A DNA stretch of 64,000 nt. Source: Octopus vulgaris. Its lineage: Eukaryota. Below, piece by piece: positions 1 through 11,526 of this stretch (its first letter is position 1; each line of letters begins with the position of its first letter). The notes under the pieces are model-generated. The model was given only the letters and a program-made list of their open reading frames with translations. It was not told the DNA's origin and searched no databases. A program made the translations under genes and the position numbers. Where the stretch lies: contig OX597814.1 of assembly GCA_951406725.2 (NCBI GenBank), positions 220,348,001 through 220,412,000 of the forward strand, read 5' to 3'.

Positions 1-582
1 AGAAAAGTTATAAAATTTGAAATTATGACAATGTGGCTTGTTTCCTAGTACTACACATTTTTATGCTTTAATTTTCAAAATGACTAAGAATTATGAGAGG
101 TTTAGTGAAATAACTAACGTTGAACATATCGAGGCTAGACTAATTTATATCTCTTGAAATCTATTGTCCTCTCTCTGTGTTTGTTGACATGCAAGCTACA
201 TGGTGACCTCAACTGTGCCAGTGACATGAAAACAGTACCCAGTACACACTGTCACGTGGTTGGCATTAGGTATCCAGCCATAGAAACCATGTCAAAGCAG
301 ACACTGGAGAGTAATGCAGTCCTTGACTCATTGGATCCTTGTCAAACCATCCAACCCATGCCAGAATGGAACACACATGTTAAATGATGATGATGAAATT
401 TCTCTTCAAGATCAGAATTTAAGTTTTGAATATGTAAATTAAAGCATTCTTGGAAGAATTAGAGTTGGAAAAAGCTATGGTACAACAACAAAATAAATAA
501 ATAAATAAACCAAAAAGAGACGACATGGAAGAAAAATAAAAATGTAATATGGCAACAACAATTAACAAAGATAATTTCTTAC

Positions 583-873
583 TTGTAATGAAAATAGTGA
601 AAGATTCACTGGAAACTGGTTCATCTAGTGTGTTGTTGGCTCTGACATGGAAGGTCCTGCCGTCATCATGAGGAGACAAATTCAATAAGACTAATGAATG
701 GTTTACAGTAAAGTCATAACGTTTACTTCCAGCTTTTAAGCTTTTTGTCCCATTGAACCACGTTATTTCGGGAAAAGGCACACTTTCTATAGGAGGTACA
801 GGTAAAATAATGGGGTCTCCAACATTAGCACTGATTGTTTGAGGTATTGAGGTCATATCAAAAGAGCTGATAT
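583..873 (-). CDS. sdk: Sidekick-like Ig cell adhesion protein, exon encoding second Ig-like domain; gene continues off the left edge
   Basis: Acceptor ...tttgcttgtag|AT and donor ACA A|gtaaga, 291 bp, phase 1-1. Peptide (Y)ISSFDMTSIPQTISANVGDPIILPVPPIESVPFPEITWF...LVLLNLSPHDDGRTFHVRANN resembles the Cys-lacking Ig2 of Sidekick (PPIESxPxPxVxW motif, recalled not searched). Confidence 0.85.
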
Positions 874-940
874 CTACAAGCAAAGATACAAGAAAAGATA
901 TAAATCAATAATTAAATATATAATAATAATAATAATAATA

Positions 941-1105
941 ATGCATTATTTACATTTGACGGATATTTGTCCTCATCTTGTTTGTTGCTAACATAATGTT
1001 TTGGCTGATATAACCTCCAGCCTTCAACAGGCGTTTTGGGGAAATATTGAACTGGGATTCTCATTCCTAAGGTATTTTTTCAATGTCATTATTAATATTA
1101 TTACT

Positions 1106-1136
<31 letters not shown>

Positions 1137-1489
1137 TTATTTTTATTATTATTATTATTAAGGTCACTGCTTGGAATCGAACTCGGCTATATGGTGTAGT
1201 GGTTAAGAGCATGGGCTACTAACCCCAAAATTCCAAGTTCGATTCCAGGCAGTGATCTGAATAATAATAATAATAATAATCGTAATAATAATAATCATAA
1301 TAATAATAATAACATTGAAAAAATACCTTAGGAATGAGAACCCAGGTGCGAAATTTCTCCAAGACACCTGATGAAGGCTGGAGGGTATATCAGCTGAAAT
1401 GTTGTGTTAACAACAAACAAGATGAGGACAAATATCCATCAAATGTAAATAATGTAAATAATTCCTCATCTCTTAAATATAGAACTGTA
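941..1489. mobile_element. Palindromic non-autonomous retroelement: tRNA-like head + (AAT)n + Penelope-type hammerhead terminus, with inverted partial copy
   Basis: 941-1090 is the reverse complement of about 1310-1455. A-box TGGTGTAGTGG (~1192) and B-box GTTCGATTCC (~1237). Homologous to 16240-16780. Confidence 0.75.
1363..1408 (+). ncRNA. Minimal type I hammerhead ribozyme motif (Penelope-type)
   Basis: GACAC-CTGATGA-A-GGCTG(gagggtatat)CAGCT-GAAA-TG-TT-GTGTT: both core boxes intact, stem II closed, stem I GACAC/GTGTT. The copy at 16291-16303 (minus strand) has GAAACGTT, a palindromic stem III. Confidence 0.6.
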
Positions 1490-1499
1490 TTAATAATAA

Positions 1500-2115
1500 T
1501 GATTTCAAAATTTGGCACAAGGCCAACAAGTTTGGGGGAGGGGGCAAGTTGATTATATTGAGCCCAGTGTTCAGCTGGTACACTTTTTATTGATCTTGAA
1601 AGGATGAAAGGTAAAGTTGACCTTGGTAGAATTTGAAGTCGGAATGTAGTGGCAGACAAAATACCTATTATTTCTTTACTACTCACAAGGGGCCAAACAC
1701 AGAGAGGACAAACAAGGATAGACAAATGGATTAAGTTGATTATATTGACTCCAATGTGTAACTGGTACTTATTTAATCAACCCCGAAAGGATGAAAGGCA
1801 AAGTCGACCTTGGTGGAATTTGAACTCAGAACGTAGTGGCAGACAAAATACCATTAAGCATTTCACCTGGTGTGCTAACAATTCTGCCAGCTTGTCACCT
1901 TAATATGAATAACAATTCTTTCTACTATAGGCACAAGGCCTGGATTTTGTGGGGAGGAGGACAGTCAATCACATTGACTCCAGTACTTCACTGGTACTTA
2001 ATTTATTGAACCTGAAAGGATGAAAGGCAGAATTTGAACACAGAATGTTGCAACAGACGAAATACTGCTAAGCATTTTGTCTGGCATACTAATGATTCTG
2101 CCAGTTCACTGCCTA
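1500..2115 (-). mobile_element. Cluster of tRNA-derived Meta/MESC-core SINEs (family C)
   Basis: Three occurrences of the reverse complement of GCCTTTCATCCTTTCGGGGTCGATAAA..AAGTACCAG (Meta-like core) with B-box GAGTTCAAATTC. Confidence 0.8.
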
Positions 2116-2140
2116 AATAATAATAATAATGATAATAATA

Positions 2141-2697
2141 AATGCCCTGATGCAGTACCAGGCAGTGGCTCCCGTGGCCTCTGATCTTAACTGATTGGAA
2201 GTGTTATGTACATTATTTTGTCTTGGTATAAAAGATAGGCTACAGCAAATATTCTACTCAATACCACAGATGTGCTTGTCAGTTGTTTGACCTTAACCAG
2301 TTGAGCATGTCACTTAGGGGCTGACGATATAAGCATCTCTGATCAGGAGCAGAAGTAGTGGGGGAGCATCATAGCCATGTGTTGAGAGGGATTCTTTGGG
2401 GTTTGAATAACTCACCTCTGGAAATATGGGTGTTTCATTCAACACCCTTAAACAACCCTTATTCAGGGACCTTTTGAGCAAAATGTGTTACTCGACCAGA
2501 AGAAAATTCTAACTGGGCCCCACCTGCAAGGTCATGCACCGTTTATCTTGATATGAAATCACCATGTCACGCACATATGGTTGTGATGCATGTGCCTAGT
2601 GTACCCTTATCAGACGGGTAGTCATGATGGGTATACTGGGCTTCGTATATTTTACCCCAGTGTCACGTTGATGGCATGCACTGCTCTCTCACTCAGT
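2141..2697. repeat. Probable interspersed repeat flanked by (AAT)n, unclassified
   Basis: Discrete higher-GC block between AAT runs; only one copy in the window. Confidence 0.4.
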
Positions 2698-2704
2698 AAT
2701 AATA

Positions 2705-2920
2705 ATCTTGTCTACTAAAGGCACAAGGCCTGACATTTTGGGGGAAGGGACTAGTCAAGTACACTGACCCCAGTGTTTCGCTGGTACTTAATTTATCAAC
2801 CCCGAAAGGATGAAAGGCAAAGTTGACCTCAGCAGAATTTGAACTCAGAATATTAGGACAGGCAAAATACTGCTAAGCATTTTGCCCAGAATACTAATGT
2901 TTCTGCCAGTTTGTTGCCTT
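2705..2920 (-). mobile_element. Family C Meta-core SINE
   Basis: Colinear with 1915-2115 and 27000-27219. Confidence 0.8.
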
Positions 2921-3149
2921 TGAGGGGAACTAGAGCAAAGTGAAATGAAGTGTTTTGCTCAAAAATACAATGTACCGCCCAGTCAGGGAATTGAGTTCAT
3001 ACTCTAACAATCGTGAGTGCAACAGCCTAACCACTAGGCCATGTGCTTTCATAATAATAGTAATAATAATATTGTAGCCTAATGTAAGGAAATTTTCTTT
3101 TCCAACAGTCTAATCTGTTCTTTGTATGTGAAATGATAATAATAATGAC

Positions 3150-3188
<39 letters not shown>

Positions 3189-3361
3189 CATTATTATTAT
3201 TATCATTATTATTATCATTATTATTATTATTATCATTATTATTATTATCATTATTATTATCATTATTATTATCATTATTATTATTATTATCATTATTATC
3301 ATTATCATTATTATTATCATTATTATTATCATTATTATTATTATTATCATTATTATTATTA

Positions 3362-3425
<64 letters not shown>

Positions 3426-3564
3426 CATTATTATTATCATTATTATTATCATCATTATTATTATTATCATTATTATTATTATCATTATTATTATTATCAT
3501 TATTATTATTATCATTATTATTATTATTATTATTATTATCATTATTATTATCATTATTATTATT
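3150..3564. repeat. (ATT/ATC)n microsatellite, ~415 bp
   Basis: Directly visible; source of the poly-Ile ORFs. Confidence 0.98.
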
Positions 3565-4828
3565 CTAGTTGATAAAATGAGAAAAAGGAAAGCATTCAAG
3601 TGTTCAGTCCTTCTCTACAAACAGCTTTTTGTGCTATTGAAGGAATTTATAACTTTGCAGAATTGTTTTGGCATTTTGTTTCCACCAAGGCAGGTTTATC
3701 GTTGATTAACTCAATATTATATTTTAAATTGATTCCAAAGAATGAAGATTTGATTCAAACAGGATTTAAACTTGAAAAATCACAAGGCAGAAAAAAGTAA
3801 AGTCAAGCTCAAATAAAATTAAAGAAATTTCAAGTGATAACAACTACAAATTTGAGTTAAAAACTTCAATGGAAAGGGTGAAAATGTCTGTAAACTGAAT
3901 TATTGCAATTGTAGCTTTCATGAGATATTAGTGTCATCCAAGTTCTTTCATTAAAAGTTATAAACAGCTGTAAGGATTCCTTAAATAATGATAATAGTGA
4001 GGCCAGAGCAAGAATAACTTAATTTATATAGATTTTTTTTATGGAACTATTATAATTACTTGGTCAAGTTTCTGGTAATTTGTAAAAGTCTAACATAGTT
4101 TTATTGACTCAAAATGTTAAGAATATCAAATGTTGAACAATGTGTTTAATGTTTGGTATTTGGAACTATAGAATTACAATAAATATAAATTTTTTTCTGA
4201 AGAATGAGATTCTTCTTTTTTCTTTAGTAAAACTTTTTGATATCAGTAAGCAAAGCAAAAAGAGTAAGAAATATTAAAATCTGAAAAAATTTGCTTTAAA
4301 GTTTTATATATATCTGTATTTATTTATTTATTTATGTTTTCTACAAGTAACTTTCAGAATGTATTCTGTTGCTGAAGATTATATAATTTTTGTAGGCCGT
4401 GGCTTATCCAATTGATAAGCTTGTCAAGAAAAAGTTCATGGACAAAAAGATAATGGGTTTAAACATACCAACAAGATTTATTACTATAATAGCAGAAACT
4501 AGAGAAAAAAATATATAGTTGCTGTTCTATTTTTTGTAAGATACAACTTTATTTAGATAATTCCAGCTAAGAAATCTTTTAATACACTTTCTTTTACAAG
4601 TTACAATGCAAATAAAACACACAAAAATACTCAAGCAATTTTGTAAATGTTTATGAGAAGAAATATAGTTGAATTGATTCAACCTGAATGTGTCCCCAAT
4701 ACTTATTTGATCAGTTCTTAAGGGATGAAAGCCAAAGTTAATCTGTGTGGAATTTGAAACTAAAACAAGGAAACTATAACAGCAGTGCTCTAATATCACA
4801 ATCATGTGCAAAACTATTTAATTATTAA

Positions 4829-5108
4829 CCCATTAGCATTTAAACTGCCATATATTTAAACTGGCCCAAATATTTATCTATTTTATGTTCAACCCAACCA
4901 GATCAGACCTCTCACACCTACCCTGCAATGTCATTCTAAAAATGCAACAGGAGTGGCTGTGTGGTAAGTAGCTTGCTAACCAACCACATAGTTCTGGGTT
5001 CAATCCCACTGCGTGGCATCTTGGGCAAGTGTCTTCTGCTATAGCCCTGGGCCGATCAATGCCTTGTGAGTGGATTTGGTAGACGGAAACTGAAAGAAGC
5101 CTGTCGTA

Positions 5109-5165
<57 letters not shown>

Positions 5166-5485
5166 TTGTGTGTCTGTGTTTGTCCCCCTAGCATTGCTGG
5201 ACAACCGAGGCTGGGGTGTGTTTACGTCCCCGTCACTTAGCGGTTCGGCAAAAGAGACCGATAGAATAAGTACTGGGCTTACAAAAGAATAAGTCCCGGG
5301 GTCGATTTGCTCGACTAAAGGCGGTGCTCCAGCATGGCCGCAGTCAAATGACTGAAACAAGTGAAAGAGTGAAAGAGTGAATCACATTGTTGAACTCGCA
5401 AAGCTACAAGATAATGCACGATGAATTCAAAACAGCGTGAATAAATAAGCTTTACATTCGACAGAAAAATTTGAATGCTAAAGAG
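4829..5485. mobile_element. piggyBac-like MITE interrupted by a family A SINE
   Basis: TTAA|CCCATTAGCATT ... AATGCTAAAGAG|TTAG; halves match 9907-10127. Confidence 0.75.
4948..5380 (+). mobile_element. Family A tRNA-derived SINE with internal (TA)n(TG)n
   Basis: A-box TGGCTGTGTGG, B-box GGTTCAATCC, tail GAAACAAGT(GAAAGAGT)n; about a dozen homologues in the window. Confidence 0.9.
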
Positions 5486-5649
5486 TTAGAGAATAGTAGA
5501 GATACAACAGAGTACTAGAAGGGGAAACAAAACTGAAAAAGCCATTGATTAATATTGCTTTTACCTTGGCAGATAATTATTTCAAGTTAACGTTTTGATG
5601 CTGCCTGCTTTAAATATGGTGATATTAACTTGACTGGGTTTTTTTCATG

Positions 5650-7061
5650 CAGATGGTACCCCCAGAATACTCTGTAAGCCTTTCAAGACTGAGATAAGGT
5701 TTATGCAACTGATGTTCTATTAAAAGTGTTGCAGGTGAACAACCCCAAACAAGATATGAACTGGGAAAAAATTCCAAATGGCCAATGTTTTAGGGAGAAA
5801 GAACTGGGTATAATGACTAGTGTGGAGATGAGGGAATTGGATGCACCAAAAATGCTAAGAAGGAATATGAGTGAATGAGGTGTGAGACCTGCCAACTCTA
5901 AGGAACAGAAGCCAGTATAGTAGCAAAAGAGAGAAGAGACAGCACACAAGTGGACCAGAGACTTGAGTATGTCCTTTTATGATTGAATTCCAATTAGTCG
6001 AATGGCTCTTCCCTAGTTGTGGTTTAGGATATCTGTGTGTGTAGAAGCAGCACCATTCCAGAAGCAGGGGCAATGTTCCACTGTGAGCATTTTGATCAAT
6101 GTAAAATGTAAAAGACAACAGGAACTAAAATATTTTTCTGGTTCTGAAGCAAAGGGATTGTCACAAATATGTGGTCCTAGCTAAGCCAAAAATGTGCTTC
6201 CAGCAGGAAGGATCCTCAGTGATAGTAAGGCCCAACATTTAGAGTGATTACGAGGGCTCTAACTGAGTGCTGTTCATGTTTAGTCGTAGAGTGATAGTAT
6301 TTTCTTGATATGAGAAGAGCATGAGAGTTTTTTTTTGTTTTTGGTGCTAAAAAATCACAATCGGCATGGCCTCACTGAAAGATTTTTTCAAGGTCTCTCT
6401 TTATGGAATCAGTGCAGGTTTGGTATGTGGTGGCTAGGCCGCATGTGGATGATGCGTGGTTGGGGGAAATTAGGGAGGAATGAAGAGCCATTTCATCAAT
6501 GTAAGAGTGGGTACAGGTATATGTAGTACAAGTAGGTCATTGATGGGTAGATGGTAGAGAGTGGTGGACAAAACTAAAAGGACAACCACAGTTGATTGAG
6601 TGTCGGGCAGAAAGAGCTCTATCAACATGCTGTAATGGTATGATCAGATAGGAAACTATGAATCTAAGGGATGAGGGGTAAGAGGAGCCCATTGGCAGAA
6701 AAGTTTGAGAGAGAATACACATGTTAGACATGGTTGAAAGCTCTGCTGATGTCAAGGACGAAAAACATTGCCTTCACCAATCTTCCCTACAGTGAGATCC
6801 CACAGGTGAGTGACATAAAAATATAAGTCACTGGTGGCACGTAAAAAGCACCATCCATCCGTGGCCGTTTGCCAGCTCCGTCTGGCACCTGTGCGGGTGG
6901 CACATAAAAAGCACTCATTACACTTGCAGAGTGGTTGGCATTAGGAAGGGCATCCAGCCGTAGAAACACTGCCAGATCAGACTGGGCCTGATGCAGCCTT
7001 CTGGCTTCACAGACCCCAGTTGAACCGTCCAACCCATGCTAGCATGGAAAACGGACGCTAA

Positions 7062-7100
<39 letters not shown>

Positions 7101-7360
7101 TTGAATTGGCCCTGCAGAAGTCATCCCGGTCATCACTCAGGACAGAGATTCAAGGCGATGGAAAAGGTTATTGTTGATAGCTGTCTCCATTTCCTTAGAA
7201 ATGTTGGTAGTGAGAGCAAGTGAACATTAATTAGCTGGGCCAAAAAGGGTTGGTTTTTGTTTGTAATGGGACACACTGAAGCTTGCTGCCAAGTGCCAGA
7301 TCTGGGGTGCAACACTTGAGTCTAATGGAAGAAACATTCTCCAAACAGCTTTATTTACCT
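5650..7360 (-). mobile_element. Degenerate CR1/L2/Jockey-group LINE ORF2 fossil, interrupted by a SINE
   Basis: Minus-strand remnants ISKEMETAINNNLF (~7200), LDISRAFNHV*H (~6755, cf. LDISKAFDRVWH) and SLFCYYTGFCSLELA (~5920); many stops and frameshifts. Confidence 0.65.
6830..7099 (+). mobile_element. Family B SINE fragment with RTE-like motif and (GAT)n tail
   Basis: GGCACGTAAAAAGCACC units, GGAAGGGCATCCAGCCGTAGAAA, CCATGCTAGCATGG hairpin, (GAT)n; many homologues in the window. Confidence 0.85.
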
Positions 7361-7384
7361 ACGACAATAAGTAGACAACTTAGT

Positions 7385-7580
7385 ATCCTTTTATTTGTTT
7401 CAGCCATTTGACTGTGGCCATGCTGGAGCACCACCTTGAAGGATCTACCAGATCCACTCACAATACTTTGGTTGACCTTAGGCTACCATAGAAGACACTT
7501 GCTCAAGGTGCCAACCAGTGGAACTGAACCTGGATCCATGCGGTTGGGAAGTAAGCTTCTTACCACACAGCTACACCTGT
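7385..7580 (-). mobile_element. Internally deleted family A SINE
   Basis: Head and tail of family A joined without the microsatellite middle. Confidence 0.7.
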
Positions 7581-7788
7581 ACCTATCTTTATTTCGTAAT
7601 ATTTTTTTCATAACTTTGACAGATATAGGTGAATATACACTCAAATATTCAGACAAGTGTTTCTGTCTTGTTTGTAATAGTTGTAATGTTTTGGTCATTG
7701 ATTCCCACTACTTTCTTCATGGGTCTCTTGCATTTGTGAAAATTCCCAAAATTTGGTGCCAAATTAATTTTTTTTTAAATCTAGGGAT

Positions 7789-8195
7789 ACTCTTACTCTT
7801 TTACTTGTTTCAGTCATTTGACTGCGGCCATGCTGGAGCACCGCCTTTAATCGAGCAACTCGACCTCGGGACTTATTCTTCGTAAGCCCAGTACTTATTC
7901 TATCGGTCTCTTTTTGCCGAACCGCTAAGTGACGGGGACATAAACACACCAGCATCGGTTGTCAAGCAATGCTAGGGGGACAAACACAGACACACAAACA
8001 TACACACACATATATTTATATATACATATATACGACGGGCTTCTTTCAGTTTCCGTCTACCAAATCCGCTCACAAGGCTTTGGTCGGCCCGAGGCTATAG
8101 TAGAAGACACTTGCCCAAGGTGCCATGCAGTGGGACTGAACCCGGAACCATGTGGTTGGTAAACAAGCTACTTACCACACAGCCACTCCTGTGCC
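7789..8195 (-). mobile_element. Family A SINE
   Basis: Reverse complement of 4948-5380, high identity. Confidence 0.9.
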
Positions 8196-8639
8196 TATAG
8201 TCTCATTTCAGTTATTTTTTTTTTTCTACATACGATGTCAGGATAATGGGAGATAGTGACTATAAGCATTGGAGTGCATTCATTCTAAACCTATATTCTC
8301 TGATTGAAATGAAAGAAGCAAGCATCAACAGAAGTAAAAGAATATTCTTGTACTGAGAACGGAGAAAGGGTTTGGATTGAATTTCAAAGAGACAATGCAA
8401 CTAACCAGTGAGCCAGTAATAGTGTATTGGTAATTTGTGAAAGTCTTGCTTAGTCAAATGGACATATATTTCTCATGTTACATATAGAAATATGTGCTGT
8501 GATACATTTTAGTCTGTATCTGACAGTCTAACTCGCAGCCATTAAGACGTGAGTTTTTTTTTCCTTTACACACACATGCAATGACACACAGAACAATATT
8601 ATACACATACATCAATAAAAATAGTTTTAAAAAACTTAC

Positions 8640-8903
8640 ATGAAACTTCGACATGAACTTTGTTGCTGATGATAGACCCTTGGGAGTTTTTGGCTATACA
8701 ACGGTACTCCCCAGCATCAGAATGCTTAAGCTCCAGTTCAATATAGCTATTAGTGGTATCATTAAATACTTGGCCATTTTTCAACCAAGAATATGTTGGT
8801 GTTGGCAGTCCAAAAGCTCGACAACTAAGTATCTGGCGTTCTCCAACTTTTTTCACACTACCAGCTTTCAATTCTTCTGTGAATGCTGGAGGACTGGGTT
8901 TAT
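8640..8903 (-). CDS. sdk: Sidekick-like Ig cell adhesion protein, exon encoding first Ig domain
   Basis: Acceptor tttttgcttccag|AT and donor TCA T|gtaagt, 264 bp, phase 1-1. Canonical Ig motifs LSCRAFGLPTPTYSWLKNG and DAGEYRCIAKNSQGSIISNK. Splices in frame to the 583-873 exon (T+AT=Tyr, VEVS-Y-ISSF). Confidence 0.88.
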
Positions 8904-9369
8904 CTGGAAGCAAAAAAAACAGAAGACATACAATTTTAAAAATTTATTAGAATGTTCAAAGTGTCAAATTCTTATCAATCATGTCCAATTCTTTTCACAT
9001 CCAGTTTTTCTTTGTATTCTGGCAATAAAAAAAAATGCAGTAATAAAAACAGTACTTTTATTTATTTTTTTTTTTACCTCATAAATCTGTAATCAAGGAA
9101 AGGACAGCAGGTAATTAATCAACATTCTTGATAAGAATGTGGTACAAATGAATTAAAATAATTAATAGTTAATAATATGAGTTGGTGGTGTAACTGTTTT
9201 GCCTCCATTTCATCATGTTTGCAAGTGTGAGGATGGAGGGAGGGTTGGCTTTTGTCAAAGTAAATATTTTCACAGCTGAATGCTCTTTCCACTACAGACC
9301 ATTCAACCATAAACTAAAAATGGAACCTGTTTATGTCAATCAGTCTAACAAAAAAAGAAAAACAATATC

Positions 9370-9396
9370 TATATATATATATCTCTCTCTCTCTCT

Positions 9397-9472
<76 letters not shown>
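9370..9472. repeat. (TA)n/(TC)n microsatellite
   Basis: Directly visible. Confidence 0.95.
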
Positions 9473-9477
<5 letters not shown>

Positions 9478-9600
9478 GAAAGAAATCTAAAATTGAAGGA
9501 AACTAGTGATGGTCTGCATTAGTAAAATGAGGTTAATTCATAAGATTTGCAAGATAAAAGGCAGCTCAAAACAGAACAAGTTCCCATTACACAAACTTAC

Positions 9601-9691
9601 TGAAAACTGAATAATGAACACCACTCAGAGGTAAAAACCCAATGACTATAATAACAGCAGTAAAGCTGGCATTCCTGACCATGAGGTCCAT
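9601..9691 (-). CDS. sdk: Probable first coding (signal peptide) exon of the Sidekick-like gene
   Basis: ATG at 9691 gives MDLMVRNASFTAVIIVIGFLPLSGVHYSVF plus 1 nt, then a perfect gtaagt donor (9600-9595). Phase 1 matches the Ig1 acceptor; hydrophobic core present. Candidate acceptor tatttcatag| just upstream of 9721. Confidence 0.6.
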
Positions 9692-9906
9692 AGGGTAGTA
9701 ATAATTTGTGTGAGACACTTTCTATGAAATACATTTTTTATATGATACTGGAAAATTTGGACAAATGTATATACTAACATATAATGTGAATGATTTCAAG
9801 AATCCTGGTATTGATACCATGTAAATCTATTATTTATACTAATATGATGATTTTGAGGACAATAATGATGATGACATGGGATTATAAGTATGATCTAGTT
9901 ATTTAA

Positions 9907-10127
9907 CCCTTTAGCATTTAAACCGGCCATATCCGGCCAAAAGTATTCTGCCTGTTTTATGTTTAAACTGGCCAGATCTGGTCTCTTACACCAACCCTAC
10001 AATATCGTTTTAAAAATTAACAGCTTCCTCATCAAAATCTCATAGCTCCAAGATAATGCATGATTAGTTCAAAACAATGCGGATAAAAAAGCATTAATTT
10101 GGGCAGAATAATGCGAACACTAAAGGG
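9907..10127. mobile_element. piggyBac-like MITE, 221 bp
   Basis: TTAA|CCCTTTAG ... CTAAAGGG|TTAA: TIRs plus TTAA target duplication. Confidence 0.85.
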
Positions 10128-11112
10128 TTAAAAGAACCCAGGTTTCACTACAATGATGTCAGAGAAAGCAAATGGTGAAAAGGCACAACATGCAGAAACA
10201 GATTAGTCTATGGATATGGAATTTGGTTGTCTGTTCATTTCAGGTAATGTCTATTTTGCTAAAGTACCAGGGTTTAGATGGGAGGAGAAAACTGAAGCAG
10301 GATTATTTTCTTGGATGAAAGCTCTTCCTGTTACTCAGCCTTGTATGGTTTTCACATAAAGGAATATTTTAAGTAATGAGGTAAGAGGAATTATTAAATA
10401 CTAGGTGTAGAAATAATATAACTATTTGAGTCACATTCATACATTGATACAATTGAGAGAAAGAAGAGAAGAAGAAAAAAAAAGAAACAAAATACTATTA
10501 TGATGATTTCCTTTTTCATATTAAAAACAGCTGAACTGATAGCTGAATTGCTTATGAAGTGAAATACAAATGTTGGTCAACCACTACAGTGAGAGGTTTT
10601 CATTTACACAATAATGGTGGAGAGTATTTACAGATATTGGTCTAGAAACAGCATGAGATCACATGTATATAACTTGCTCACCTCTCTGAAATGTACACAC
10701 ACATATGAAGTCTGACTGATAGTAGAAAATGATGGAACTTTCCTATAACACACTCAAAATGAAATAATACATAACTGGAAACAACTAGATTGAAAGTTTT
10801 GCACAGAAAGACTAATTTTGGACGAAGTTATAATGTAATGTCTACAACAGTTTACAAAATCATAGCTAAGAGGTCTACACAATATTCACTTAGCTGACAA
10901 AGTGACAAAATTAATATGTGCGTACAAGGATTAGCAAAGTGTGTGAATAGTTAAATATATAAGAATGTGGAACAACTAGTTGAGATGGAGGCAATTTGTA
11001 TTCTTTAACTGATACAATATATTCATGGCTTTGTTGACATAATTACCAGAAGGTATTATAGTAGGAAGGTACTCTATAGAATTAAAAATTTATTGATTTG
11101 AATATAATACGC

Positions 11113-11318
11113 TTTTATTTGTTTCAGTCATTTGACTGTGGCCATGCTGGTGCACCGCCTTTAGTCGAGCAAATCGACCCCAGGACTTATTCTTTGTAAG
11201 TCTAGTACTTATTCTATTGGTCTCTTTTGCCGAACTGCTAAGTTACGAGGATGTAAACACACCAGCATCGGTTGTCAAGCAATGTTGGGGGAACAAACAC
11301 AGACACACAAACACATAC

Positions 11319-11361
<43 letters not shown>

Positions 11362-11526
11362 TACGACAGGCTTCTTTCAGTTTCCGTCTACCAAATCCAC
11401 TCACAAGGCTTTGGTCGGCCCAAGACTATAGAGGAAGACACTTACCCAAGATGCCATGCAGTGGCACTGAACCCGGAACCATGTGGTTCGTAAGCAAGCT
11501 ACTTACCACACAGCCCCTCCTATGCC
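11113..11526 (-). mobile_element. Family A SINE
   Basis: Colinear with 7789-8195. Confidence 0.9.

Noticed and set aside
419-582. Transmembrane C-terminus of ORF 419..883
   Set aside because: Read-through past the GTAAGA donor at 582 into T-rich intron.
3027-3705. 190-aa poly-Ile ORFs
   Set aside because: Translations of the (ATT)n microsatellite.
4878-5360. Recurrent ORFs (DRLLSVSVYQIHSQG.., LDALPNANH..) as a gene family
   Set aside because: Antisense translations of family A and B SINEs.
583-8903. Dscam-style mutually exclusive Ig exon array
   Set aside because: Only one copy of each Ig exon was found, and the motifs fit Sidekick better than Dscam.
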